A DNA stretch of 64,000 nt, taken from assembly GCA_951406725.2 (NCBI GenBank), contig OX597825.1, forward strand, positions 58,280,001 through 58,344,000, in the 5' to 3' direction. The DNA comes from Octopus vulgaris. Lineage: Eukaryota. The notes below the pieces were generated by a model. That model made no database searches. It was not told the origin of the DNA and was given only the letters and a program-made list of their open reading frames with translations. Shown in pieces: positions 39,341 through 51,417 of this stretch. Made by a program: the position numbers and the translations under genes. Position 1 is the stretch's first letter; every line of letters begins with the position of its first letter.

Positions 39341-40309
39341 GTTGTAATTTAGATTACTTTAAAACTGGAAGTTTGTACCATAGAACTTAATGAAGTCTAT
39401 GCAGGTTGATATAAAAAAGGTTGACCCTTATGTTACCATATTTCTGTTGGAAAAGTCTGCATTTTTTCTTCTTTTCTTTTACTTGTTTCAGTCATTTGTC
39501 TGTGGCCATGCTGGAGCATCGCCTTTAGTCAAACAAATCGACCCCAGGACTTATTCTTTGTAAGCCTAGTACTTATTCTATCGGTCTCTTTTGCTGAACT
39601 GCTAAATTACGGGGACGTGAACACACCAACATTGGTTGTCAAGCGATGGTGGGGGGAACAAACACACATACACACATATATATATATATACGACGGGCAA
39701 CTTTCAGTTTCCATCTACCAAATCCACTCACAAGGCTTTGGTTGGCCCAAGGCTATAGTAGAAGACACTTGCCCAAGGTGCCACGCAATGGGACTGAAAC
39801 CCGGAGCCCAAGAAATAAAAGCAAATTTATCATTATTAAGCTGCTTTTTAGAAAATAAATTAATATGAAATTTTGATTTAGATCACCTTAAAACTTAAAG
39901 ATTATATCATAAAACAAGGGTTGATGTCAAGTGGATTCAAATCATCATCACTTAATGTCTGTGTTTCAGGCTGGCATGAGTTGGACAATTTGACAAGAAC
40001 TGATGGGTCTCAGGATTGAATCCCTGTTCCACTGTCTGCTTTGGTAAGGTTTCTACAGCTGGATCCCTTTCTAACATCAGCCATTTTACAAAGTGTATAG
40101 GGTGCTTTTTTTATGGCACCAGTACTAGAGAGATAACCATATAATTCATCTTGTCTATGGTACCTTGTCTCTGTAACATATAACTAATCTTTGTATGGCA
40201 TCTCATCTTCATAACATTATATCACTTAATCTGTGGTACCTCTTCAGGTAACATCATACTACTTACTTCACCTATAATAAACTAGTCTTTGTAACATCAC
40301 ATAACTTAC

Positions 40310-40533
40310 CTCGTCTACATAGTTCACTTCCATACCAAGTTTCAGAAGTAGTTTTACTATATCAATGTAACCATAGCAACAGGCAAACAGTAAGGCATTT
40401 TCACCCTTGTTTCCCTGTGCATATGGATTAGCACCATTTTGCAGCAGATATTCCACTGTCGCTAACTGACCATTGGCTGCAGCCCACAGCAGAGCAGTCA
40501 AACCTTGTTCATCAGGTTTATTTATGTTGAGAT
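40310..40533 (-). CDS. ANKRA2: ANKRA2-like exon 6 (ankyrin repeats)
   Basis: LNINKPDEQGLTALLWAAANGQLATVEYLLQNGANPYAQGNKGENALLFACCYGYIDIVKLLLKLGMEVNYVDE /gtaagt; phase 1-0. Confidence 0.93.
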
Positions 40534-41867
40534 CTGGAAATACAACAAAGAAGATACAAAAGATGTAATTCAATTTTCTTTTAATATGATTTTTAAAAAT
40601 CTTTTATTCTTTTATCTTTTACTTGTTTCAGACTGTGACCACAACTCAACCCTCAGGGTTTATTTTTTTTTAAAGTCTGGTACTTATCCTTTTCGCCTCT
40701 TTTTTCCAGACTGCTAAGTTACAGGGACATAAACAAACCAACAATGATTATCAAGCAGTTATGGAGAACACACACACACAAACAACAGTCTTCTTTCAGT
40801 TTCTGTCAACCAAATCCACTCACAAGGCTTTGGTTGGCTATAATAGAAGACACTTGTCCAAGGTGCCATGCAATGGGACTGAACCAGGAACTATGCTGTT
40901 GGGAAGCAAACTTCTTACCATACCTGTACTATTAATAGTTTAATTATTAATTAGTGGTTTAATTAATAATTACCAAGATTAGCAGAGTGATTAGAATGAG
41001 TCCAAAATGGCTTGAAATATTTAGTTACATCCCTTCATGTTCTGAGTTTAAATCAACTTTGCCATTCATACTTTTAGGAATACCAGTCATACTAGGGCAT
41101 ATTTAATCAATTATACTCCCCCTTTAATATTGGTTTCAAATTTTGGTACAAGGCCAGCAACTGTTGTGAATTTCTTAGAAAGGAGAGTAAGGGAGCAAAA
41201 ATCGTTTGTGGGAGCTGTGCAAACCATGTGCAAAGACACTGCCAAGAAGGTGAGAGTTGGTAATGAAGAGTAGTGGTTGTAAGTTCAAGTTACAATCTTT
41301 AAGGTGAATGTAGCCAACTAATTATTTGGTTGCTACCCACGGGCTCAACAGAACATTTAATCTGCTTCACCAAGAAAAGCAGTGTAGTAGTTATGGTATG
41401 TCGTATGGGGTACATTGTGCTGATGAGTGTATGTTATAAGAAGTATATTATGTGGAACACAGTGTAACAATTAGTGTGTCATGTGTGGTCGAGGACAGCT
41501 TAGTGAGGTAGAATACATGAAAGTTTGTTGTGTGGTGTGTAATGAGGCAGCCAGAACATGTGTGGGGTAAAGTATAGCTATGATGATGATAATGGTGGTG
41601 ATAGTGTTGATGGTCATGACAACAATGATGATGAGGATGACAGTGAAGATGATAGACAATAATAAACAAACCATTTGTGATAATAACAGTGCTGTTAACA
41701 ATGTGGATTGATATAAAAAACAAACCCACTTCCAAATGTGACAATGATGATGGTGATGGGACAAGTAACATTCTGCTTCAACCATGATGATGATGATGAC
41801 ATTTCTATATAACCAGTAACTAACAACTCACAACTCCTCCAAAGTGAGTATAAAAACATTTACTCAC

Positions 41868-41933
41868 TGTCAGTGGATTCCTGCCAGAGAAGAACCAGTT
41901 CTCCTTGTGCAGCTTTCTGGTGAATACTGATAT
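41868..41933 (-). CDS. ANKRA2: ANKRA2-like exon 5
   Basis: ISIHQKAAQGELVLLWQESTD (cf. LSVHQLAAQGE); cag/ and /gtgagt; phase 1-1. Confidence 0.9.
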
Positions 41934-42198
41934 CTGTAAAGAAAATGTAAAAAGAATGTTATCAAAGAAAGTTTTCCTATAGTTATTTTGTTTTGTGGTT
42001 GTGTGTGTGGTAGGGGTGTTTCAGTATGTCTTTCAACACATAGACAATGTAACACAGACTTTAAAAAAAGACCTTCACTATGACCGATTTATGAAGATAC
42101 ATATACATACATGATTAACAAATATTTTTACCACCAGCAATGTGATGGGTAACATACGAGTTATGAAAAATAATATACGAGAATTGATAAACTCTTAC

Positions 42199-42265
42199 TC
42201 TGAAATATTGATGGTGTTGTCGTTTGTACGTTGCCACGCTGTAGGTTGGTGATCACAGTAGAAGG
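42199..42265 (-). CDS. ANKRA2: ANKRA2-like exon 4
   Basis: PSTVITNLQRGNVQTTTPSIFQ (cf. STTLTNKHRGNEVSTTP, typical of ANKRA2/RFXANK); phase 0-1. Confidence 0.9.
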
Positions 42266-42817
42266 CTGAAAGCAGCAACAGCAAAAATATTAAGACAGAC
42301 AGGCAAAGAGAAATTCATATGATCATTAAGGGTTAGTAGATTTAAGTAAAGAGTTAACAGGAAATAAAAATGTGGTGAAGATAAAACTATAACAGTCAAT
42401 GATAATAATCATTTTCCTTTTTAAAAGTGATTGGAAGGAACATTGGAAGACTAGGAAAAATGCCTTGTAATATTTAGTTAGGGCCCTTTACATTCTAAGT
42501 TCAAATTCTGGCATAGTCACCTTTAAATTCCATCCTTCTGGGGTTAACAAAATTAAATATCTAACAAATATTGGGATCATTTTAACCAACTGTACCCTCC
42601 AACGTAAGTGATCTTATCTCCACCATCTAATGTCATTTTTCCATATTGGCATGGGTTGGATGGTTTGACAGAAGCTGGTGAGCCAGAAGACTGGATGAAG
42701 CTCAACTGTCTGTTTTGGTATGGGTTCTAATGCTGGATGTCCTTCCTAACACCAACCATTTTATAGACTGTACAGGTTGATTTTTATATGACACCAGCAC
42801 CAGCTATGTCAGAGTAG

Positions 42818-43320
42818 TTGTTGTTGTTGATGTTGTTGAGACAGCATTCACCCGGGGTGGGTTGAGCTGGCTTCATTCATCCTCAATGCTGCATCTCTCA
42901 CAAATGCCGACCAGACCTGGCAATTTGAGGCTAACGACCGCATGATCTACAACCACTCCTTATTCCAGCTGCGAACGCTGTAGATATGGGGGCCTAGGTT
43001 GGGTTCCAGATCAGCCTTGACTGTCATCAGCCAGGTTTTTCATTGTCCACCATATCGCTTTCGTCAACCCTGAAGGGGAGCTGGGGCAATTGCTTCGTAG
43101 ATGAATTCTCCTGGTTGACGACGGAGAGCATGACCCAGCCAATGCAAACGTCTTGTTAGGATGACTTGTTGGAGGGAGGTGATTTTGCACTGGTGTCGCA
43201 CCGAAATGTTGGAGACAAAGTGATGCCATCGGACACGAAGGATGCAGCGTAGACAGAGGTCATCGAAGGATTCTAGTCGCTTAATATCTTCCACCCTCAT
43301 CGGCTTATGACTCGCTGCTG
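42818..43320 (-). mobile_element. RTE-type LINE 3' fragment with (CAA)n tail
   Basis: EDIKRLESFDDLCLRCILRVRWHHFVSN..RRLHWLGHALRR; (gtt)n at 42818..42838. Confidence 0.75.
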
Positions 43321-44325
43321 TAGACATCATCATTGGTCATTATTACTTTAATGTTTACTTTCCCATTCTGGCATGGAGCCAGATGAAATTCATGAAGACA
43401 GATTTTCTAGAACTAGATGCTCTTCCTATCACCAATGCTTACCTGTTTCCAAGCAAGATAATATTTCCCCATGACTGGTTATATTTTCAAGGAAAACTGA
43501 AGACACTTTCTAAAATAGGTTTGATATTTGACTAGTACTTTATTTCATTTCCACGCTCTCTTCACAACCAGCAAAAGAATGAAGAGCAAAATTGACATTG
43601 GCAGGATCTGAACTTAAAATACTAAGAGTCAGAATAAATACTGTAAGGCATTTTGAGCAACACTCAAATGATTCTGTCAATCCACATTGGCTTCAAAATA
43701 AGTGTTTCCAATAAAAGAGCAAGGCCATGAATATGGGTGGAGAGGGACCCAACCAGGGGTAAAGCTAGGGGTAGACTGTTAACTTTTGATATAAACATAT
43801 CTAGCCAGTCTTCCTGATGTATTGAATTTTATATTAGATAATTTTATATTAGATAATGCTGGAACTATGTAAAATATATACACATATTTAATATATTTTA
43901 TGACTCTTCCATATCGATATACATACATACACACTTATACATGTGTGTATGTGTGTGTGCATGTGTATGTATATATATATATATATATATATAGTAACAA
44001 CACAAATTCACTAGTGCTGGTGCCATGAAAAAAGTGATAAGTACACTTCCTCTATTCGCAGGGTAAAAAAAAAAATATCCCAAAACATACATAAACCAAT
44101 TCAGAAAAAAAAACACACCTGGGTACTTAACTGGAATTTGTGAAGAAATTGAATCTCTGATGAATTTACTTATCAAAACATTTTTTAAAAAGAAAGTTCC
44201 AACAAAGGATATCAACTTAGAATGGTGATTGAGCTGATGTATCCTTCAAAACCACATCAAAAATCAAGATTTGCTGAAAACCAAAGTATATTACCTCCAA
44301 ACAAAGCATTATCCCAAGTACCTAC

Positions 44326-44411
44326 CCTGAATGGTGATGGGGTCACTTTGATGGCTAGGTCAGACTTTCGGTTTTTATTGATTGCTGAGTATTTCTGCAC
44401 ATGAGATTCTC
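44326..44411 (-). CDS. ANKRA2: ANKRA2-like exon 3
   Basis: ttccag/ ESHVQKYSAINKNRKSDLAIKVTPSPFR /gtaggt; phase 1-0 fits both neighbours. Confidence 0.7.
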
Positions 44412-46453
44412 CTGGAAAGAAAAAGAAACATTAAAATTATTAAGTTTAGTTGACATTGATCAGATATTAGACAAGACAAAGAGTTTATACTATACTATAA
44501 TGTGCTGAACAACATATCTAAAGGCTTTGGAGCTAACATTGGTGCAGACATGGCTGTCTGGTTAAGCAGTTTGCTTCCCAGCTGCCTGGTTTGGGTTCAG
44601 TCTCACTGCGTGGTACTCTGGACAAATGTCTATTATAACCTCAGACTGAGCAAAGTCTTGTGAGTGGATTTGGTAGACAGAAACTAAAAGAGGTCTGACT
44701 GACTGTCTGAGTGAATTTCGACCTCTTTGTCTTGACAACATGAGACAGAGTTGTAAACAAGTGCTTTGCTTTTCAAATGGTCTCCCTTGTGTTCAGTCTT
44801 CTGTATAAACATGTTCAGCTTTGGGAAAATATTGCCATGACTGGAAACAGGTGAAGGTTGTCGACAGGAAAGACAGATGACCATAGAAAACCTGTCTCAA
44901 TAAATTTCATCTGACCCATGCAAGCATGGAAAAGTGAAAAAAAAATGTTCCTTCTCAAGCCATGCCAGGCTCATAAGGGCCAGTTTCCTGGTTTCAGTGA
45001 TGTAGAAATTCCCCACTTGGATGGGATGCCAGTCCGTCGCAGGATTACTCATTTTTGCTAGCTGAGTGGACTTGTGCAAAGTGAAATGAAGTGTTTTGCT
45101 CAAGAACAGAATGTATCGCCCGGTCCAGGAATCGAAACCACAACTTTACAATCATGAGTTCAACACCATAACTACTAAGCCACGTGCCTCCACATGGAAA
45201 AGTAAATGTAGGAATAATGATGATGGTGATAATGATGATGAAGAAGAGAATGACGAGGATGGTTACAACTGTACATATTCGTTTGTACAATAGATGTGCA
45301 GACAGAAAAAGTGACAACAACTGTGTGCATATTTTGACTCCTTTTGGAATGTTCATAAGCAGCTGTGTATAATCATTTTAACATATTGTGTTGACTAAAA
45401 GACCCATGGCCGTTAGTTGACAAATTTTTTTGCTTTGTAAGAGTAATTTTCTCAGTATTTCTGCTGTTCTATCGGCAATTCTGCATTCCGAAAAAAAAAA
45501 AAAATCCAATTTGTATTATAAAAACGAATGTTAGTTTGCTTATACTTATATGCACAGAGTTGTGCATTTAGCTATTTAGCATCTAAAATTGCCAATAAAT
45601 TTGTCAGCGGGCAGTTTAGCTTAATGGTAAAGTACTCAGCTGGAGACTATGAGGGATAGGGGTTCATGTCCCATGGCTGTTGACAAATTTTTCCACTTTG
45701 TAAGGATAACTTACTCAGTATTTCTGCTGTTCTGATGGTAATTCTGTTTTTGAAAAAAAAATATAATCTAATTTGTACCTATAGATATTTTTTTTTTTTT
45801 TTTTTTTTATGTACTTGTTTCAGTCATTTGACTGCGGCCATGCTGGAGCACCGCCTTTAGAGTGGTGAAAGAGTACAGCAGGGATCACCACCTCCTGCCG
45901 GAGCCTCGTGGAGCTTTTAGGTGTTTTTTTCGCTCAATAAACACACACAACGCCCGGTCTGGGAATCGAAACCGCGATCATCCGACCGCAAGTCCGCTGC
46001 CCTAACCACTAGGCCATTATATGTTCTATAATATATCATAGCAAAGAAAAGAAACATTTCTAACACATAGTTAATTTAATATTTCATCTTTCTGCCATGA
46101 AAACGTTAATAAAATATGCAAATTAGTGTATGTAGTTTGTTCTTTGTTCAAAAGACTGAGAGAAATAGTACCTTTCTTGGAAATAAATGAAGGCTGATGA
46201 TAGGAAGAGCATCAAGGTGTAGAAAAATTACCTCAATAAGTCTTGTCTAATCCATACTAGCACTGAAGGCAAGTGTCTTCTATTATAGCCACAGGCTGTC
46301 AGTGAATTTGGTAGACAGCAACTTAAAGCCCATATATATATATATATATGAAAGTGAGTCTGGAGGGATATATTATTTATAATAATAATAATAATAATAA
46401 TAATTGTGTACAGTGCTCAGGTGCACTACAACTCATCTAAAGTGTATATATAA

Positions 46454-49219
46454 TCAGGTGTAGTTTCGGCGGATTTCGGAAAGCATGAGGGCCTTAAAAG
46501 ATGCAGTGTCATGGCAGTCAACAACTGACGCAGGCAGTTTATTCCATGCTTCAGCAACTCTGAGCGTGAAAAAATGTTTCCGAAAGTCATGGGAGCTGTA
46601 TTGTTTTCTGACTTTGTAGGCATGTCCACGTGTGTTAGACACATGGAGATCAAAAAGGTGTTCAGTGTTGTTGTTGGTGAGGTGGTTGATAACTTTGTGG
46701 GTGTTTACCAAGTCCGTCGCCAAACGCCGGAGCTTCAGTGAATCCATGCCCAGGGAAACAAGGCGCTCAGAATATGGTAGGTGTCTGATGGAGGGTATGC
46801 GTTTGGTTGCACGTCTCTGGACAGATTCCAGGAGGTCAATGTTCTGTGCAAGATAGGGGTTCCAAACTGATGATGCGAATTCCAAGTGTGGTCGTACCAT
46901 AGCTGTATACAGTTTTAAATAGATGGCTGGAGAGCGGCTAACAAAAGACCTGCTGAGTGATGCCAAGACACCCTCGGCCTTCCTGACAATCTTAGAGATA
47001 TGCTTTGACCAACGCAAATCACTGCTGACAGTGATGCCTAGGTCACGCTCACAAGAGGATTTCTTGATATCAGTGTTGTGGAGGGAGTATGTGAACGCAG
47101 GGTTTTTTCTCCCAAAATGCATGGTGGTACACTTGTCCACAGCCAGTTTCAGTTGCCAGTCTGTGATCCATTGCTGCATTGTGTCTAGGTCTGATTGCAG
47201 GAAAGAGTTGTAGACATCAGGATCTGTCCTCTTGATTTCAAGGTACAGCTTGATGTCGTCTGCATATTTCAATACTGTGGCATTCTTTAAATTGGCATCT
47301 ATGTCGTTAATGTATGCCACAAACAAGAGGGGACCAAGGACAGATCCCTGTGGTACACCCGATGACATCTCATATGGTGTAGAGTGCTGTCCTAGAACTG
47401 TGACTACCTCCTTTCGGCTGAGGATGAAGGATTTCAACCAGTTAAAAAGGTCATCCCCCACACCCATTGCAGAGAGTTTCACCATAAGCCTTTTGTGTGG
47501 CACAGAGTTGAAAGCCTTAGCAAAGTCAAGGTAGACAACATCCACCCATGAGCCACTGTCAGTAATCTGAGTAATGTCCTCAAGGAACTCGACAAGCTGG
47601 TCACTGCAGCTGGAGTTAGGGACAAATCCATATTGTGAGGGTCGGATGAGACTGTGAGAACTCCAGAAGTTCCAGAGTGTTTCTCTGACACACGATTCCA
47701 TCAGTTTTGCAATACAGCTAGTGAGACTGAATGGGCGATAGTTGACAGGTGATGTGCGGTCGCCCTTTTTGAACAGAGGAATGACACTGGCAGTTTTCCA
47801 CTGCTCCGGAGTAGCACCATTGTTGAGACAGTACTGGAAGAAAATAGAAAGCTGGTGTAAAAGGAAGTGCCTGCCACGTTTGAGAAGCAGGTATGTAACT
47901 CCATCGAGACCAGGGGAGGCATAGTTGCGCTTATTTTGAAGGTGACGTCGCAGCATTGCAGGTGTAAATTCCATAGTTGTTATGGAGTTTGCTGTTAGTG
48001 ATGGTGAAGATGGTACATTTTGACTTTCAACAGTGAATATGTTTGCATAGCACTCGGCAATGAGTTCTGCGCATTCCTTGGGGTCGTCAGTGATCTGGTT
48101 TGTGTGAGGGTTGCGAAGAGGGCCCACTGGAGAGTGAGGTCTCTGCTTTGAGTGCACATATTTCCAGAAAACCTTGCTGTCAGGATTGGCTGCTATGCAC
48201 TGTTCAAATTCAAGCACTGCTTTTTTTGTCACTTGCTTGAGATGGTTGGAGGATTTATTCCGCTTCTTCCTGTTGGTGTCTGATTTATGCAACCTGTATT
48301 CCCGTTCAGCAGTCCGACGTTCCCTCCTGGCAAGTCGGACCGCTGAAGTTTCCCAAATTGCCCTTTTGGGGCGGTTCTTCTTTTTTTGTTTACGTGGCAC
48401 TGATGCTGCACATGCTGCCCATATTGAGTCCAGGATACTCTGGAGTATAGTATTCACATCTCCAGAGTTGTAGAATTCACGCCAGTTTGGGTGCTGTAGT
48501 TCAGTGTGGTACAGGTTCCAATCTGCTCTCTTCCAATCGAAGGAAGCAGATTGGAGATGGTTCAGGTTTTTGTTGCCCGCAAGAGCCAGATTGGCGATGA
48601 TCATAGCATGATCAGAGTCACCTAGAGGTTCCTCCGTAGTGCAATTGATAACTGCTTCAGGAGTTGTGGTGAAGAGCAGGTCCAAGGTGTTGTCGCCTCT
48701 TGTTGGAGAGGTGACTACTTGTGACCAGTTTGAGTCCAGCACAAGCTCAACAAAATCGTTTGCACTCTGTGGCCAATGGAAGGTCTCCCAATCGATCTCA
48801 GGATGATTGAAATCGCCTGCAATAAACACATAAGTGGCTGTTTTCCTGGCAGCAGCTCGGAGGACATTGCAAAGCTGTGTGTCCCGATGGTAACTTGGGG
48901 GACGATAAACAACGCCAAGCAGGAGTGTTGACATGGTCATATGCACGTCACAGAAAAAAACTTCTTCTTGTGATTCGTTCAAATCGGCACAAGGAATTAC
49001 CAAAAAATTTGAACGAACGTAGACCATCACACCACCACCACGGCGGTTAGTGCGGTCCTTACGGAAGAGGTTGTACCCCGTAATGTTGAAAACCCCATCA
49101 CAGAGTAAGGAATGCGCCCATGTTTCCGTGACAGTGATGAAGTCAGGGTCAACACTTCTGACGTAGGCGTTGAACAAATGTATTTTGTTGCATAAACTGC
49201 GAGCATTTAAGGACAACAA
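46454..49219 (-). CDS. LINE ORF2: APE endonuclease + reverse transcriptase (921 codons, uninterrupted)
   Basis: VTETW, VYRPP, AGDFN, LDLL, SDH (APE); YLDFAKAF, GVPQGSVLGPLLF, YADD (RT); TRGH..FFTLRVAEAWNKLP (CR1-type C terminus). Confidence 0.95.
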   Translation of the reverse strand: MLSLNARSLCNKIHLFNAYVRSVDPDFITVTETWAHSLLCDGVFNITGYNLFRKDRTNRRGGGVMVYVRSNFLVIPCADLNESQEEVFFCDVHMTMSTLLLGVVYRPPSYHRDTQLCNVLRAAARKTATYVFIAGDFNHPEIDWETFHWPQSANDFVELVLDSNWSQVVTSPTRGDNTLDLLFTTTPEAVINCTTEEPLGDSDHAMIIANLALAGNKNLNHLQSASFDWKRADWNLYHTELQHPNWREFYNSGDVNTILQSILDSIWAACAASVPRKQKKKNRPKRAIWETSAVRLARRERRTAEREYRLHKSDTNRKKRNKSSNHLKQVTKKAVLEFEQCIAANPDSKVFWKYVHSKQRPHSPVGPLRNPHTNQITDDPKECAELIAECYANIFTVESQNVPSSPSLTANSITTMEFTPAMLRRHLQNKRNYASPGLDGVTYLLLKRGRHFLLHQLSIFFQYCLNNGATPEQWKTASVIPLFKKGDRTSPVNYRPFSLTSCIAKLMESCVRETLWNFWSSHSLIRPSQYGFVPNSSCSDQLVEFLEDITQITDSGSWVDVVYLDFAKAFNSVPHKRLMVKLSAMGVGDDLFNWLKSFILSRKEVVTVLGQHSTPYEMSSGVPQGSVLGPLLFVAYINDIDANLKNATVLKYADDIKLYLEIKRTDPDVYNSFLQSDLDTMQQWITDWQLKLAVDKCTTMHFGRKNPAFTYSLHNTDIKKSSCERDLGITVSSDLRWSKHISKIVRKAEGVLASLSRSFVSRSPAIYLKLYTAMVRPHLEFASSVWNPYLAQNIDLLESVQRRATKRIPSIRHLPYSERLVSLGMDSLKLRRLATDLVNTHKVINHLTNNNTEHLFDLHVSNTRGHAYKVRKQYSSHDFRKHFFTLRVAEAWNKLPASVVDCHDTASFKALMLSEIRRNYT

Positions 49220-49307
49220 TTTGTACCCTGCTCGCAGTTTATGATGGTGTGTAGAGGATGGCAGGTTGTTCTGGCTTAGTTTCCCTGAGTTGCTGTAGTC
49301 TTTTTAG

Positions 49308-49640
49308 TTATTGTGGGTAGAGAGCACTCAGACCAGCTGGTATCTCTCTTCCACGTTTCAGCAGTCTTGACAAATCTCCAGATTTGTCCATCTTCCGAAG
49401 ACTGAAGCTTTCCTGTAGAGCTGAGTTCCTATTCAGGGAAGCCACTACACGTAGCTTCGGACGTACATCGGACGGTAAGCCTGGGCGTGTTCGGAAGGTG
49501 GTCCGATTTTCCCGCCCAGCTTTAACTGAGGCCAGATGGTAAGAGGTTGCCTCAGTGGGGTCCGTAAAAGACAACTTGATGAGCCTAGGTTTTGGGCCAG
49601 GTCGTCCAAGGCGGATAGCACCCGTTGGGGGAAGATACCC
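49308..49640 (-). CDS. C-terminal part of LINE ORF1
   Basis: AIRLGRPGPKPRLIKLSF motif typical of CR1/L2-type ORF1; stop just upstream of ORF2. Confidence 0.6.
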   Translation of the reverse strand, partial: GYLPPTGAIRLGRPGPKPRLIKLSFTDPTEATSYHLASVKAGRENRTTFRTRPGLPSDVRPKLRVVASLNRNSALQESFSLRKMDKSGDLSRLLKRGREIPAGLSALYPQ

Positions 49641-49845
49641 TATTAACCCTCCGTTGAGTTCCAGTTGATGGTTAACCACAATGATTAATTCATTTTGAGA
49701 ACAACCAAATACTAGATGGCCCCGATGAAGCTGCATTGGAAACATGTGTAGATCATTATAATATGCTGTATATAACAATAAAATAAATGTTATGGAAGTA
49801 CAAGTCTCCATACTCTTTATTATTATTATTAATATATATATTTAT

Positions 49846-49919
<74 letters not shown>

Positions 49920-50754
49920 GTATGTCATTATGTCATCTGTTTTCCATGCTGGCATGGGTTGAGCAGTTTGCCAGGAGTTGGTCCAGGCTTCGTGTCTGTT
50001 TTGGTATGCTTTCCACAGCTGGATGCCCTTCCTAAAGCCAATCACTATACAGAGTGTACTGGGTGCTTTTATGCAGCACTGGCACAGGTGCATTTACATG
50101 GCAAGAGCCTACAAAATTAGGGATGCTTGGCTGGAGAGGGATGCAGGGGACCTGCTTGTATGCAAGAACAACCATGCTTTTATTTAAGTACAACAAACTA
50201 CCAGGAGTCTCAGGGGTCTACCTCTTCCACATGTTCCCTCTACAATTAGAGATCAGCAGCTCTTGATGCAACTGCCTTCATTCATACACATTACATGACC
50301 GAACCAGCACAGTCTTCTCTCTTGAATGCTACATCTGATGCCTCCTATACCCAGTTTTTCTCTCAAATCACTTACACTCTGCCATATATGACCACTGACA
50401 TTACCCATTCATCGGAGCATACTGGCTTCATTTCTTTCAAACCTTCACATATCCTCAGTAGTTACAGCTCATGTCTCATTGCCATGTAGCAAAGCTGTTC
50501 ATACATAGGCCTCATGCAATCTGCCTTTCACTATGAGGGAGAAGCCTGTGTGTGAGTGAGTGAGTGTTTGTTTATTTACATGAGATAGTCTGAAAAAAAA
50601 CAGATTAAAGAAAAACATATCGGACTGGAATCATTATCTCTGAATAAATAACAAAAGAGAGCATGATCACAGCTCTGAATCTCTTTGCTTGCTTAGTTTT
50701 GACTTGGAGATAAATAGCAACAATAATAATAACAAAAACAAAAGGAATTTTAAC

Positions 50755-50890
50755 CTTCAGCCAAGACTGTAGCCACTTCTAGATCATTGAGTTCCTGGTC
50801 ACTGTCGATAGGAGACATGAGGTGGTAGGAACGTCCATTGGTCAGTTTCTTCACTGGGCTAATCGGAACTCTGCTTCTACTGGTTACATG
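50755..50890 (-). CDS. ANKRA2: ANKRA2-like exon 2
   Basis: ttccag/ HVTSRSRVPISPVKKLTNGRSYHLMSPIDSDQELNDLEVATVLAE /gttaaa; open, phase 0-1. Confidence 0.65.
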
Positions 50891-51104
50891 CTGGAAGAAA
50901 TGGAAAAATAATAAAAATAAATTAATAACTGTGGCACAAGAATTGCTGCATGGTTAAGAAGTTTGCTTCATAACAATGGTAACCATGTGGTTCTGAGTTC
51001 AATCTCATTGCTTAGCGACAACACTATATAGCCTCCAGTTGACCTATGCCTTGCCAAGAGAATTTTGTAGATGGAAAATATGTGAAACCCTGTTATATGT
51101 GTGC

Positions 51105-51185
<81 letters not shown>

Positions 51186-51190
<5 letters not shown>

Positions 51191-51381
51191 AATGTGACCG
51201 CGTGTATACCGTTGGCGATTTTTTTCCTCTGTCTTCCCTTCTCTGGATCTTTCCTTCTCCTATGTTTCCAACGAAGAGCTCTGCTCGAAACGTTAAAACC
51301 CTCCTTTCCTGAGCGTCCAATAATACTATATTTGTTCCACGTCCTCCCGTTGTGTTTTTTTGTGCTTTCTTGTTTGGATTA

Positions 51382-51386
<5 letters not shown>
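51186..51386 (+). mobile_element. ~200-bp (TA)n-embedded element with decayed minimal hammerhead
   Basis: flanked by (TA)n on both sides; GTTT-CCAACGA-A-GAGC(tct)GCTC-GAAA-CGTTA-AAAC at 51264..51299. Confidence 0.6.

Positions 51387-51417
<31 letters not shown>

Larger units (their letters stand above)
46371..49640 (-). mobile_element. CR1-clade LINE, 5'-truncated, in ANKRA2-like intron 2
   Basis: ORF1 3' part, intact ORF2, short 3'UTR and (ATT)n tail at ~46371..46404. Confidence 0.9.

Noticed and set aside
45940-46018. A/B-box tRNA-like sequence on the minus strand
   Set aside because: SINE head followed by the shared SINE body; no complete acceptor stem, so not called a tRNA gene
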